IMG/VR virus record: IMGVR_UViG_3300022852_000007
Coordinates: 1-49,029 of that record
Reading direction: 5' to 3' (one strand)
Source: a virus
Lineage: Duplodnaviria; Caudoviricetes
DNA: 49,029 nucleotides
Under the pieces are notes generated by a model. It had not been told where the DNA came from, made no database searches, and saw nothing but the letters and a program-made list of their open reading frames with translations. Both the position numbers and the translations under genes were made by a program. Below, in pieces: positions 19,075-27,878 of the stretch; positions within the stretch are counted from its first letter, which is position 1, and every line of letters starts with the position of its first letter.

Positions 19075-21355
19075 TCTTGAACATCCGTGCCGGTTGAGTC
19101 AAGTCGCCAGTAGTAAGCCACTCCTTGAACTGTTCCATGGTCATCGGCACCATGTCACGATAGCCATTCCAGCCTGGTGTGTAGGCTCCCATGTACGCTG
19201 CCTTGGCCTCATCCTGAGACTCAAAGCCTATCATGCACTTGTGCTCGTCAAACGTGGATCCATCAGCTTTGTTCTGGTTGACAACAAACACGCCGCTGGC
19301 TTCGTGGTTTGGGCCTACAAAGCAATCAACCTCATCGCCGTCAGCACCCTTTGTTCCGTTGATGAACCCATAGTGGTGATTCATCTTTACTGACCAAGTT
19401 TCGCCGTCAGCAGACTTGCCTGATCTGATAGAGCCGGATGGGTTTTCAACTTTCACAAGCATGTCACCGACCTTTAAGTCTGGAAGTTCTCCAGGTTCTT
19501 TCTCGCTGACGACGTTGGCAATACCGGACACTGAAGCGCCAACGCTAGGTTGCACGCCTGGGGTAGACGTTCGCGCGACTCCAATAGAATCCGATTTACG
19601 AATGTCCCCTTCTGGAGTCAGATGGGCCTGGAGGGCAGCCAGCGCGCCAACGATCTGGCGCAGGATATCGGCTGCATTAGGCTTTGGGTTCGGCTCTTCG
19701 TCCGTCTGCTCAGACAGTGGATCTGTGGCCACCGGTGGCAAGGCCGCTGGAGGCTCGACCGGCGCAGCTTGCAACGGCGCCACAGCGCTGGCCTGTGCAT
19801 TGGCCTCTTTCGCTTTCGCCCCTGCCTCTTCAAACTTGGCCAGGTTCTCTGGTGACATGCCAGGTTCTTCGTTTGCCACGTCGTCTGTGAGTCTGTTGTA
19901 GCCTGAATGCTTGTCATCTTTGAGACGTTGGCGCACCTCTTCAGGGGATATTGCGCCGATGTTTACATATTTGGTATCTGTGTCGGCCTTCTTGTCGTTG
20001 AGGTCGGCCTTCTGCTGGGTGGTGATAGAATCGACAGGCTCAAACACAACCATAACTTGAGTCTGCAGGCCCATTGAGCGTGCAGCCAGCATGTAATGAC
20101 GAGCCAACATCGGCATCATGATGTGAGTCTGAATGCTCTCCAGCTCTTCGTGATAAGACTTCATCTCAAACTCGCCTGTGGCATCAAAGCCTTTAGGCGA
20201 CGTCCCCAGAAGCTTGGTGGAAGGGGTCTTGGCGATGGCGGCAACCAGCTGATACTGGTTCATGATCACTGCGTCGAAATCTGCCAACGAGGTGTCGAAT
20301 TGATCGATTTTTTCCTCAGTCCCGAGGACTTTTACGGCATGGTTGTCGCGATACTTGACCCACCAACCAAGGCGCCTCTCGAACTTGTCCTGGTTTGCCA
20401 TCGCCTTTTCGACGTCAACGTGAAGGGCCTGGGTGCGCTTGTTCAGTGCAAGCAATGGCGCTTCGTTGGCGGTTCGCTCTGCGGCATAAACACGCTCATA
20501 GATCCGTTGGGTGAGCGGGATGCCACCAAACACATAAGTTGGCTTGAGGATGTCTGCTGGCTGTGGGCCGCGAGCGATTATCAGGTGGCTGCGATGATAT
20601 TTCTTGCCACTGATGATCCAGAACTCTGGGTCATAAAAGTTCTTGTTGGCTGGGTCGGCGGTTGACTCGTTGGTCAGCATCGGCGTCATCCAGTATGGGT
20701 CAACCTGGGAAATGCCGCGATACGATCCTTCCAAGATGCCATCAATGTTAAATGGCTTTTCGTAATACTTGGGGTCGTCACTTTCTACTTCAAACAAGGC
20801 AACACGGATACCAAATATGTTTTTGAAGCGGTTGAACTCTGCCAAGTTCTCGCTCAGCTTGAATTCGACGTCATGGCTCACGAGCTTGTCATATTCACCC
20901 TTGTCAAGTTCGGCTTCGCTGTTCGTTGCCTTCAGCTTCCAGCCATTTCGCACGGCATCTTCACCCGCCTGGCTACAGGCCTTGTCGATGAGCCAGTGCT
21001 GGGAAATAAGAGCGCAAGCTTGATAGCCGATGAACGTTTGGTTCATGAACCATCCAGCAATCGCATTTGGGATCGCGGCATCAGCACCCTTCTCTGCAAT
21101 TGGCTTTGCCGGGGTCATGCTATTGTCCATCGCTGCAACGACAGTAGTCAACGCACTGTCCATTGCAGAAGATGGCAGGTGATCTACGTCAACGTAAACC
21201 GGATAATCATCAACGGTCTTTGTGATGAGATTTTTTTCATCCTTCACTTCCCAGCGCTGAGTCCTCGGATCCAGTGGATCCAAGTTGTTTTCTACTGGTT
21301 TGCTTTCTGCAACCTTTTTGCGTCGGATGAATGGAAACAGATCGCTGAGTTTCAT
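19064..21355 (-). CDS. Portal protein (DUF1073-like) with C-terminal pyrophosphatase-like (InPase) domain
   Basis: Probable start ATG 21355 (track start 21412 overlaps the promoter); FIGYQAC, TKLLGTSPKGFDATGE portal motifs; C-terminal YGFINGTKGADGDEVDCFVG..FDEHKCMIGF. Confidence 0.9.
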   Translation of the reverse strand: MKLSDLFPFIRRKKVAESKPVENNLDPLDPRTQRWEVKDEKNLITKTVDDYPVYVDVDHLPSSAMDSALTTVVAAMDNSMTPAKPIAEKGADAAIPNAIAGWFMNQTFIGYQACALISQHWLIDKACSQAGEDAVRNGWKLKATNSEAELDKGEYDKLVSHDVEFKLSENLAEFNRFKNIFGIRVALFEVESDDPKYYEKPFNIDGILEGSYRGISQVDPYWMTPMLTNESTADPANKNFYDPEFWIISGKKYHRSHLIIARGPQPADILKPTYVFGGIPLTQRIYERVYAAERTANEAPLLALNKRTQALHVDVEKAMANQDKFERRLGWWVKYRDNHAVKVLGTEEKIDQFDTSLADFDAVIMNQYQLVAAIAKTPSTKLLGTSPKGFDATGEFEMKSYHEELESIQTHIMMPMLARHYMLAARSMGLQTQVMVVFEPVDSITTQQKADLNDKKADTDTKYVNIGAISPEEVRQRLKDDKHSGYNRLTDDVANEEPGMSPENLAKFEEAGAKAKEANAQASAVAPLQAAPVEPPAALPPVATDPLSEQTDEEPNPKPNAADILRQIVGALAALQAHLTPEGDIRKSDSIGVARTSTPGVQPSVGASVSGIANVVSEKEPGELPDLKVGDMLVKVENPSGSIRSGKSADGETWSVKMNHHYGFINGTKGADGDEVDCFVGPNHEASGVFVVNQNKADGSTFDEHKCMIGFESQDEAKAAYMGAYTPGWNGYRDMVPMTMEQFKEWLTTGDLTQPARMFKNGI

Positions 21356-21386
21356 TGATAGTTGGTCCGGTTTGACATTTGGGCCT

Positions 21387-21416
21387 ATTATAGGTGTGGC
21401 CATAACTTTCAATCAA
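21387..21416 (-). promoter_or_regulatory. Portal promoter (TTGATT-N18-TATAAT)
   Basis: -10 at 21392-21387; divergent from the promoter at 21475. Confidence 0.6.
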
Positions 21417-21474
21417 CGCCTCTGTGTAATTAAAGTTGTTTGGTTCACAATCAATTTGCGTTTGGAAAATCAGA

Positions 21475-21503
21475 TTGATATCCGAGTAAACCTCAGATAT
21501 AAT
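21475..21503 (+). promoter_or_regulatory. Promoter TTGATA-N17-TATAAT
   Basis: Near consensus; AAGGAG RBS then ATG 21529. Confidence 0.8.
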
Positions 21504-21528
21504 CAGGCAAATGTTAAGGAGCATTAGA

Positions 21529-22158
21529 ATGAACAAGAAAGCTAATAGATCTGAAGAGAACTTGGAAATTTTCTCTTTGAAGCGCCCTGCCATCTGGAAA
21601 TGGATAATGGATGCAGCCCCAGAGTTTGACTTTGCAGAAAGCTTAAGAATGTACATTGCAAAGCACGGCGACCTTACTGTGCCACAGCTGCAGGCCGCGA
21701 AGAAGTGCATTGCCCGTGCAGAGGAAAGGGCCAAGCGCGATGCAGAACGTCACCAGGAGGCGCTGGCGAAGGCTGCAGGGGTAAAGGACAATAAAGTAAA
21801 AATGGCACTTCTCAAGGCCAAAGGGACTGGCAATAGGCGCGCCAAGTTCCTTTGTTCATTTGAAGGAATCACTGTCGAATTCAGCGAAGCCCCTGCCAGC
21901 GGCACGAATGCCGGTTCGGTGTATGTCAAATGTGACTCGCAGTATGCAGGAAAGATCGTCAATGGCATGTTTTATGCATTGGGTGATATTCCTGCTGAGT
22001 GGCTGGGGGCGATAAGGTCGTGTTCTGATGATCCAGAGGCAGGGGCCATTCGCTATGGAAGGGAAACCGGCATTTGCTCGTGCTGCTCAAGAAAGCTTAC
22101 CAACCCGCTTTCGGTTGAACTGGGCATTGGCCCTGTTTGCCGTGAGAATTTCTTCTGA
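21529..22158 (+). CDS. DUF6011-like Zn-finger protein
   Basis: C-terminal CSCCSRKLTNPLSVELGIGPVC; start moved to ATG after AAGGAG. Confidence 0.8.
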   Translation: MNKKANRSEENLEIFSLKRPAIWKWIMDAAPEFDFAESLRMYIAKHGDLTVPQLQAAKKCIARAEERAKRDAERHQEALAKAAGVKDNKVKMALLKAKGTGNRRAKFLCSFEGITVEFSEAPASGTNAGSVYVKCDSQYAGKIVNGMFYALGDIPAEWLGAIRSCSDDPEAGAIRYGRETGICSCCSRKLTNPLSVELGIGPVCRENFF

Positions 22159-22174
22159 TTTCTGACTACAAGGC

Positions 22175-22203
22175 TTGCCAGGTGAAAGTGAACAAGGTAA
22201 CAT
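22175..22203 (+). promoter_or_regulatory. Promoter TTGCCA-N17-TAACAT
   Basis: Precedes ACCAGAAAGGA leader and ATG 22239. Confidence 0.6.
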
Positions 22204-22238
22204 TGCTTCACAGAAACAAACCAGAAAGGAAAAGAAAG

Positions 22239-22577
22239 ATGAGTTTTAAAGATTTGGAATCCAGCATCAAGGCACAACTTGCTGAGTTCGAAGCGGCCCT
22301 GCGCGCCAAGACAGAAAAGCAGCTGGAAAAGGAAGCGCGCAAACGTCGGCGTAAGAACGCGGAAAAGCGCGGATACACTCCTGAAGCGCCGATTCGCTAC
22401 CAACTAGAGGTTACACTTAACCTTCGCGAAGTGAAAGACGGAAAGCTTGGTGATCTGTTGGAGGTGGCGTTTGTGATACCTACCATAAGCGAGGTGGAAG
22501 CCGAATTGGAGGCCATACGCCGCGCTAAGCTGGCAGGTATGATCTGGCGCGGCACCGTATCGATCACCCGTAAGTAA
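22239..22577 (+). CDS. Hypothetical early protein
   Basis: MSFKDLESSIKAQ...; RBS AAAGGA; followed by terminator. Confidence 0.75.
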   Translation: MSFKDLESSIKAQLAEFEAALRAKTEKQLEKEARKRRRKNAEKRGYTPEAPIRYQLEVTLNLREVKDGKLGDLLEVAFVIPTISEVEAELEAIRRAKLAGMIWRGTVSITRK

Positions 22578-22579
22578 AC

Positions 22580-22610
22580 AAAGGCCCTCAAATTGAGGGC
22601 CTTTCCATTT
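22580..22610 (+). terminator. Intrinsic terminator
   Basis: AAAGGCCCTCA-AAT-TGAGGGCCTTT. Confidence 0.85.
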
Positions 22611-22623
22611 GCGCAGAAAGTCC

Positions 22624-22652
22624 TTGCCTTGTGATTTTGACATAGGTATAAT
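22624..22652 (+). promoter_or_regulatory. Promoter TTGCCT-N17-TATAAT
   Basis: Near consensus; ACCAGAAAGGA leader. Confidence 0.8.
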
Positions 22653-22684
22653 GGCGCCATCAACCAACCAGAAAGGAAAGAAAG

Positions 22685-23416
22685 ATGAGTGCTGACTTGG
22701 GCAAGATCAAAGATCGCATCGCCAAGCTGTTGGCCATGGCCAAAGACTCCAGCAGCCCCAACGAGGCCGCAATCGCTGCAAGTCGTGCACGTCACCTGAT
22801 GGACAAATACCAGGTGACTGAGATGGACCTTTCCGACACAAAAGAAGAGGTGTTTGACGCCAAGTCGGCAACCCGCTTCTTTGCGGCCATTCCAACCTAC
22901 ATGTCCACGTTCGCTGTTGTGATCGGCAAATACAACGATTGCCAGGCAGTGTTCGAGTGGGGATGGGTCGATTTCAAAAAGAAGCCGACTGACGAAAAGA
23001 AATGGGGCAAGCGTATTCAGTTTCGCGGCTATGCCTCTGACGTTCAATTGGCAATTGACATGTACAACTCGCTTCTTGATACTGTTGATCGCCTTTGCAA
23101 GGAATTTCTGGTAGGAAAGGGGTATGATAAATATCCAGTTGGCGTCGGCAACCAGTTCAAAATTGGGGCAATCACAGAGATTTCGCGACGCATCGAAGAG
23201 ATGACAATTGAGCGCGATTCGATAACCATGGAGCACGGCCCTGAAGTTGGCAAGGGCCTTGTTTTGTACAAAGAGGCTTCGGTTAATGAGTATTTTGGTG
23301 AGGTCAAATACTCTCAGACCAAATATGTATCAACAACCGACTCTGTGACGCGTGAGGCACGTGCTGCTGGAACACGCAAAGGCAGGACTGTAGAAATTAA
23401 CAAGACATTAGGGTGA
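22685..23416 (+). CDS. DUF2786-domain protein
   Basis: N-terminal KIKDRIAKLLAMA...SPNEAAIA..RARHLMDKY. Confidence 0.8.
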   Translation: MSADLGKIKDRIAKLLAMAKDSSSPNEAAIAASRARHLMDKYQVTEMDLSDTKEEVFDAKSATRFFAAIPTYMSTFAVVIGKYNDCQAVFEWGWVDFKKKPTDEKKWGKRIQFRGYASDVQLAIDMYNSLLDTVDRLCKEFLVGKGYDKYPVGVGNQFKIGAITEISRRIEEMTIERDSITMEHGPEVGKGLVLYKEASVNEYFGEVKYSQTKYVSTTDSVTREARAAGTRKGRTVEINKTLG

Positions 23417-23420
23417 TGAA

Positions 23421-23618
23421 ATGAACAAAATCAAAGGCTTTCTTGATACCCCAGACGCCAAGCGCCCAGAGGTGAAAAAAGAGGATATGCCAGCATACGT
23501 CCTTGCCAAAGCCAACAAGGAAGTTGACAGGCTTGGAAACATCAACGCCTACTTGGTGTTCCTTGTTGTGATGGAATTCATCGCCATCGTATTCCTGGCC
23601 ATCCTGTGCTTTAAATAG
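23421..23618 (+). CDS. Small membrane-anchored protein
   Basis: 65 aa with C-terminal hydrophobic helix. Confidence 0.65.
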   Translation: MNKIKGFLDTPDAKRPEVKKEDMPAYVLAKANKEVDRLGNINAYLVFLVVMEFIAIVFLAILCFK

Positions 23619-23630
23619 CCGCGCCCTGGT

Positions 23631-23677
23631 ACAGCCCTGGCCTAACAAAGAAAGCCACAGAGTATGGCCAGGGCTGT
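23631..23677. terminator. Hairpin between convergent genes
   Basis: ACAGCCCTGGCC / GGCCAGGGCTGT perfect 12-bp stem, 23-nt loop, no clear U-tract. Confidence 0.55.
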
Positions 23678-23690
23678 GTAATAACCGCAA

Positions 23691-25067
23691 TCAGAAGTCG
23701 AAGAACCCGGCTGGTCGGCGCTTGGCCTTGATCATGGACATAATGAATGCGTCGGCCACGTTAGGTGACTTGACTTTCCTCTTCCTCATGTCCTTTTTTG
23801 ACTCTACTTTAAATCGCCCGCTCAAGTCCTGATCCTTTCTTGGCGATGAAAGCTCCATCTTTATCTTGTTCATTATGTCGGTTGGGATCGACTCGCTGCA
23901 GAGGCTGATTAACTCATCGTGAGGGTGTATGCCTTCTCCGTTTATCATCTCATACGTCTTACGGAATCTGGTTGCCACCTCATCCCACATCTGCGCCTTG
24001 ATGTTAGAAAAGTGATCCTTGTTCAAGATCTTGATGTGCGGAAGTTCCATGTAAACGCCATCAGGATCTTTGACACCGGCACCGGCATTGAACGGTTCGT
24101 ATTCGATTTGCAGGTTTCGAGCTTCATTCAACTCCTTGAACTTGGCGCCTGCGTGAGCACCAACACCGATTGAGTCCCAGTTGATTGATCCTCCAAACTC
24201 CAGGGCGCGCGTGTATACTTTGGTACACGATTTAAGAAGCTCGTCCTCTTGGCCTTCCCACTCCATCCCGCCCATGATCACGTTGCCGTGGGATTCGATG
24301 ATGGCGTTCATGTCCTCTCCATCGTCAGCCACGTCAAAACCGATTGTTTTCTTTCCAGCAGGCTCCCACCCAAGCTTCTTGTGCGCATCCACAGCGGCTA
24401 AGATGTATGCCAGGTTGATAACGGACTTGTCAGCGCCCGTTTTCGGGATGCCGCCATATACATGTTCTGCTTGCTTCTTGTTGCGCCGATAAGCTTCGTG
24501 AATCACCTCAAGCATCGTCTCTGAGAGGTATGGATTCTCCTCCCAGTTGATTGATCTGACGATGGAGTTTTTTGGAGGATTGACCACAAAGTTCTGATAG
24601 ACGAAATCGGTCTGTTCATCTGGGTTGAAAATCAACCAGACTTGACTGCCTTGCTTACGGATGGTCGGGTTGATTGTCTCCCACTGTTCGTAAGTCAAAT
24701 AGTGGGCCTCTTCCAGCCACAGAATGTCCACGCCTTCCGTTGACTTGATTTCTGACAGGTTGCGGGCGATCCCGTAGAATATGAACTCGCTTTTTGTGAC
24801 CTTGTGCATGATTGACTTGTTAGTCAGCACAAACTCATCTTTGAATTCACTGTTCTCTATCTTGTCCTTGATCAGGGTGTAGACCGATTCACTGATTCTG
24901 TTCTGAAACTGACGCGCACAAAGGAACTTTATGGTGAAGTTTGCGGCCAAGAACACCGCGAAGCCAGCGGCATCGTGAGATTTGGATGATGCGCGCCCGC
25001 CGTATAGTACTTTGTAGCGCGTTGGAGTGCGCCAGAAGCTCTTCAGCGCTGGGTTTAAGCTGTAAAT
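23691..25067 (-). CDS. terL: Terminase large subunit (PBSX-like), apparent ATT start
   Basis: Walker A YGGRASSKS lies upstream of the track start; Walker B ILWLEEA; FNP; nuclease GFDVAD and SPNVADA; AAGGAGGT 5 nt before ATT 25067. Confidence 0.93.
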   Translation of the reverse strand: MYSLNPALKSFWRTPTRYKVLYGGRASSKSHDAAGFAVFLAANFTIKFLCARQFQNRISESVYTLIKDKIENSEFKDEFVLTNKSIMHKVTKSEFIFYGIARNLSEIKSTEGVDILWLEEAHYLTYEQWETINPTIRKQGSQVWLIFNPDEQTDFVYQNFVVNPPKNSIVRSINWEENPYLSETMLEVIHEAYRRNKKQAEHVYGGIPKTGADKSVINLAYILAAVDAHKKLGWEPAGKKTIGFDVADDGEDMNAIIESHGNVIMGGMEWEGQEDELLKSCTKVYTRALEFGGSINWDSIGVGAHAGAKFKELNEARNLQIEYEPFNAGAGVKDPDGVYMELPHIKILNKDHFSNIKAQMWDEVATRFRKTYEMINGEGIHPHDELISLCSESIPTDIMNKIKMELSSPRKDQDLSGRFKVESKKDMRKRKVKSPNVADAFIMSMIKAKRRPAGFFDF

Positions 25068-25102
25068 GGCACACCTCCTTAGTGTACGCCTGGATGCCGT
25101 GC

Positions 25103-25132
25103 ATTATACCTGCCGTTCTTGTGGGGCGTCGA
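25103..25132 (-). promoter_or_regulatory. terL promoter (TCGACG-N18-TATAAT)
   Basis: -10 at 25108-25103; weak -35. Confidence 0.55.
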
Positions 25133-25227
25133 TTGCTTGATTTGTGGATTTTTCGGTCTATACTCTTCAAGCCCGACCTGCCGATGGGTGTTGGAGGAAT
25201 TATTTTCAGATTTTTTGAAAATAATTG

Positions 25228-25256
25228 TTGCCTGGCTTGGACGGATGGTCGATAAT
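25228..25256 (+). promoter_or_regulatory. Promoter TTGCCT-N17-GATAAT with AT-rich UP-like element
   Basis: AT-rich 25198-25227 upstream. Confidence 0.75.
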
Positions 25257-25314
25257 GACACTCATGAGCTGATGACCAGCTCTAAACCAGAAAGAATCAG
25301 AAAGAGGAAGTGCC

Positions 25315-26130
25315 ATGAAATCTGTAGCCGATATCCAAGCCGCAAAAACCGCTGACCTGGTTGCCTTCTACAACAGCCACAACGATGAAAAGCCGGTCAA
25401 GAAGTTTGCCGACCGTGCCACCGCTGAGAAGCGCTGCATCGATCTGCTGGACTCCGTCAATGAGAAGGCCGCTGTTGAGGCAAAAGCAGACGATCAAATC
25501 CCTTTGGCTGAGTCGCAGGTTGCGCCTGTTGATAAGGCCGAAGCATCCCAGGAGCCTGCCAAGAAAGAGTTCGCCCTGAAGGCGATCCACCATCGCGTTC
25601 TGAATAACATCGCCCGCTCTGAATACAGCGCCCTCAACGGCGCTGAGCCGAAGACCCGCGAAGAGATTGACTTTGTATGGGCCAACTGCGTCGCTGACTC
25701 CAAACCAGAAAAGAAAGCCTTGGCAGAGCTGCTGGAGAATCAGTATGTAACCGCCGACAACGGCAAGGGCGCTGACAGCTGCGTTACCCTTAGCGTAATT
25801 GGCTGGGATGCTTGGGTTGAGTCCAAAGATACCCTCAACGATGCCACTCCTGAGCCTGTTCGTGGTGATGCATCCAACTCTGCTGGCGTTGCTGCGTCCT
25901 GGGCTGATCCTGCGGTAAAGGCTGCGCGCACCACCCGCAACGGCGTCACCGTGACCCTGGATGCAGAGGACGGCACCGAGGTATTCGAGTACAAGTCCAC
26001 CCGTGCAGCCTTTGAGGCCCACGATCTGCCAGATGGCAAACACATCCGCTTCCGCATGAAGCTGAAAGCCTCCAAGGCTGAAATGTTTGAACATGAAGGC
26101 AAAAAATATTTCTTCAAAATTGTCGATTGA
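25315..26130 (+). CDS. Hypothetical early protein, possibly DNA-binding
   Basis: 271 aa, GAGGAAG RBS, strong codon bias; basic C-terminus KHIRFRMKLK. Confidence 0.75.
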   Translation: MKSVADIQAAKTADLVAFYNSHNDEKPVKKFADRATAEKRCIDLLDSVNEKAAVEAKADDQIPLAESQVAPVDKAEASQEPAKKEFALKAIHHRVLNNIARSEYSALNGAEPKTREEIDFVWANCVADSKPEKKALAELLENQYVTADNGKGADSCVTLSVIGWDAWVESKDTLNDATPEPVRGDASNSAGVAASWADPAVKAARTTRNGVTVTLDAEDGTEVFEYKSTRAAFEAHDLPDGKHIRFRMKLKASKAEMFEHEGKKYFFKIVD

Positions 26131-26171
26131 TATTTGGATTGGGCGGCGCTAGTATAGGTCGCCCTTCCTTT
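26127..26171 (+). promoter_or_regulatory. Promoter TTGATA-N17-TAGTAT within hairpin/terminator
   Basis: GGGCGGC 26141-47 pairs with GTCGCCC 26158-64, then TTCCTTT. Confidence 0.6.
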
Positions 26172-26184
26172 AAGGATTCTGAGT

Positions 26185-26439
26185 ATGTATTTCGGCTCTG
26201 TATTCCTGATGGGCGAGCTTGACATGCTAAAGCGCGCTGCTGAAGGTGGTGGTCTTTTTGTGAATCGACACGGGCACAAGTATGCCAAGATTCGCAAAGC
26301 TGTTAAGAAGATGCGGCGTGTAGGGTTGATCGCAATAACCAACCGGATGACTGATGGCGAAATCTATGCCATTACAGAGGCTGGCCGCGACAAGATAATC
26401 CACACAGAAATCAAAACCTTATTGAAGAAGACTCAGTGA
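26185..26439 (+). CDS. Hypothetical protein, winged-helix-like C-terminus
   Basis: 84 aa; GLI...YAITEAGR. Confidence 0.6.
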   Translation: MYFGSVFLMGELDMLKRAAEGGGLFVNRHGHKYAKIRKAVKKMRRVGLIAITNRMTDGEIYAITEAGRDKIIHTEIKTLLKKTQ

Positions 26440-26960
26440 TGGCAGGCACTACCCCAGTTGTTTTCACAACCATCAACGGTGAGGCCGCTGTGGCCTACGG
26501 TTCGGAATGGCTCAGCAAATCGCGCGGTCGAACCTATGGCCAGCGAAATGGTGAAGAGTTTTCGCTGGAGAATGCAATCTGCCTCAAAGCCAGTGATAAG
26601 TATGTTGATGTCCACATGACAGACGGCGGCGCCCTCATCATGTCGATGTCGCTGTCTGCCATGGAAAAGGTGTTGGATCCTGATGAGTGGGTCCGAATCT
26701 CGCACTCGTGCATAATCAAGCGCGACAAGCTGGAAAGCATAGAAGTAACATACACGCCACACATGACAAAGTGCTTCCAGGTCAAGCTGCATGGGACTCT
26801 GAATCGCATGGGCATTACCCGTCGCTACGTCCCTCAGGCAAGGCTTCAATTCCCTGAGGCATTCAGCGAGATGGAGAGTGAGATTTTCGAAAGGCGTCAG
26901 GTTGCTAGGCGCAAGTTTGAAAGGTCAAACGACGGCAAGACGCTCGGTCCGCTGATTTGA
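26436..26960 (+). CDS. Stand-alone LytTR DNA-binding domain protein
   Basis: ASDKYVDVHMTDGGALIMSMSLSAMEKVLDPDEWVRISHSCII matches LytTR (SL..LE..L....F.RIHRS.IV); no receiver domain. Confidence 0.75.
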   Translation: MMAGTTPVVFTTINGEAAVAYGSEWLSKSRGRTYGQRNGEEFSLENAICLKASDKYVDVHMTDGGALIMSMSLSAMEKVLDPDEWVRISHSCIIKRDKLESIEVTYTPHMTKCFQVKLHGTLNRMGITRRYVPQARLQFPEAFSEMESEIFERRQVARRKFERSNDGKTLGPLI

Positions 26961-27250
26961 TAAGCTGGCACGGTGAGGGTTCGCCAAAAGGCGATGGACA
27001 GGCCAGGTGGCCGGTGGCAAAATATGAAGATGGAAGTCTGGCTGCCTGCGTCACATGCCCTACTTCGTATCATCCGACACTTGCCTATCACCGTCTCCAC
27101 GCTCCGCTGGAGCTGTATGTGGCAGACTACGGATCTGGTGAGCAGGGGCGCTGGCGTAGAATGTCTCGTACATTTGATTGCATTGACGACCTGAAGGCTG
27201 CGCTGCCTGAGGTTCTTGCGCGCAATCCTTCGCTGGCCAGAAAGCTTTAA
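26957..27250 (+). CDS. Hypothetical protein
   Basis: 97 aa, overlaps previous stop. Confidence 0.6.
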   Translation: MISWHGEGSPKGDGQARWPVAKYEDGSLAACVTCPTSYHPTLAYHRLHAPLELYVADYGSGEQGRWRRMSRTFDCIDDLKAALPEVLARNPSLARKL

Positions 27251-27274
27251 GTTGGTGGGGTGCAGGCGTACAAT
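27246..27274 (+). promoter_or_regulatory. Promoter TTTAAG-N17-TACAAT
   Basis: Spacer TGGTGGGGTG is near-complementary to downstream CAACCCACCA. Confidence 0.5.
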
Positions 27275-27304
27275 AACAACTCCCAACCCACCAGGACATA
27301 TCAC

Positions 27305-27451
27305 ATGCAAACGTTTACCGTCAAATTCGATCTGCCATGCGGAAAGCGCGATCAAGTCAAACTTTCCGCTACAGATGCAGACATGGCGCGCGACGAATTC
27401 CACCGACTCTTCGGTGACAAATACAAAATTGTGGAGGTCACCGAAAAATGA
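27305..27451 (+). CDS. Small hypothetical protein (48 aa)
   Basis: MQTFTVKFDLPCG...; AGGA RBS. Confidence 0.65.
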   Translation: MQTFTVKFDLPCGKRDQVKLSATDADMARDEFHRLFGDKYKIVEVTEK

Positions 27452-27744
27452 CAATAGAGGGTTGCGTGATGAACTACTACACCTTTGCCGTGGTCACGGC
27501 TTTCGTCACTTTTGTATTCTTGGCTCCAGCCCAGATTTGGGCGTTTGCTGGTTGCTGGCTTATAGTTGCCTTCCTGTTGGCATTCTTGGTCGCAGCGCTT
27601 TGGAGTGCCAAGACTACAACCTCAACCTCTTACTATTGGAGGCTGTGGCGATTCACGCTTTCCGTTTGTCACTTGCCAGGCACCTACTGGCGATGGAAGC
27701 CGTGGAAAAGGTTTAGTTTCCATTACTGGAACCCGAAGAAATAG
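27448..27744 (+). CDS. Membrane protein
   Basis: Two hydrophobic segments, Trp-rich tail; start may be ATG 27469. Confidence 0.6.
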   Translation: MTIEGCVMNYYTFAVVTAFVTFVFLAPAQIWAFAGCWLIVAFLLAFLVAALWSAKTTTSTSYYWRLWRFTLSVCHLPGTYWRWKPWKRFSFHYWNPKK

Positions 27745-27748
27745 TCAT

Positions 27749-27777
27749 AAAGGCGTCCAGGTGGCGCCTTTCTTTTT
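27749..27777 (+). terminator. Intrinsic terminator
   Basis: AAAGGCGTC..GGCGCCTTT then CTTTTT. Confidence 0.8.
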
Positions 27778-27802
27778 GCCGACGAACGGGTGTCATCACA
27801 GC

Positions 27803-27830
27803 TTGCTTTTCTGACTGGCAGGTCTATAGT
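27803..27830 (+). promoter_or_regulatory. Promoter TTGCTT-N16-TATAGT
   Basis: After terminator, before GAGG/ATG 27879. Confidence 0.55.
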
Positions 27831-27878
27831 TATCAATAAGGGTGAGCGATAGGCGCCACCTAGATTGAGGTTCAAAAT

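Noticed and set aside
23691-24956. Track's GTG start for terL, or an intron/frameshift joining ORF 24889-25170
   Set aside because: Walker A is already in frame upstream; an ATT start is simpler.
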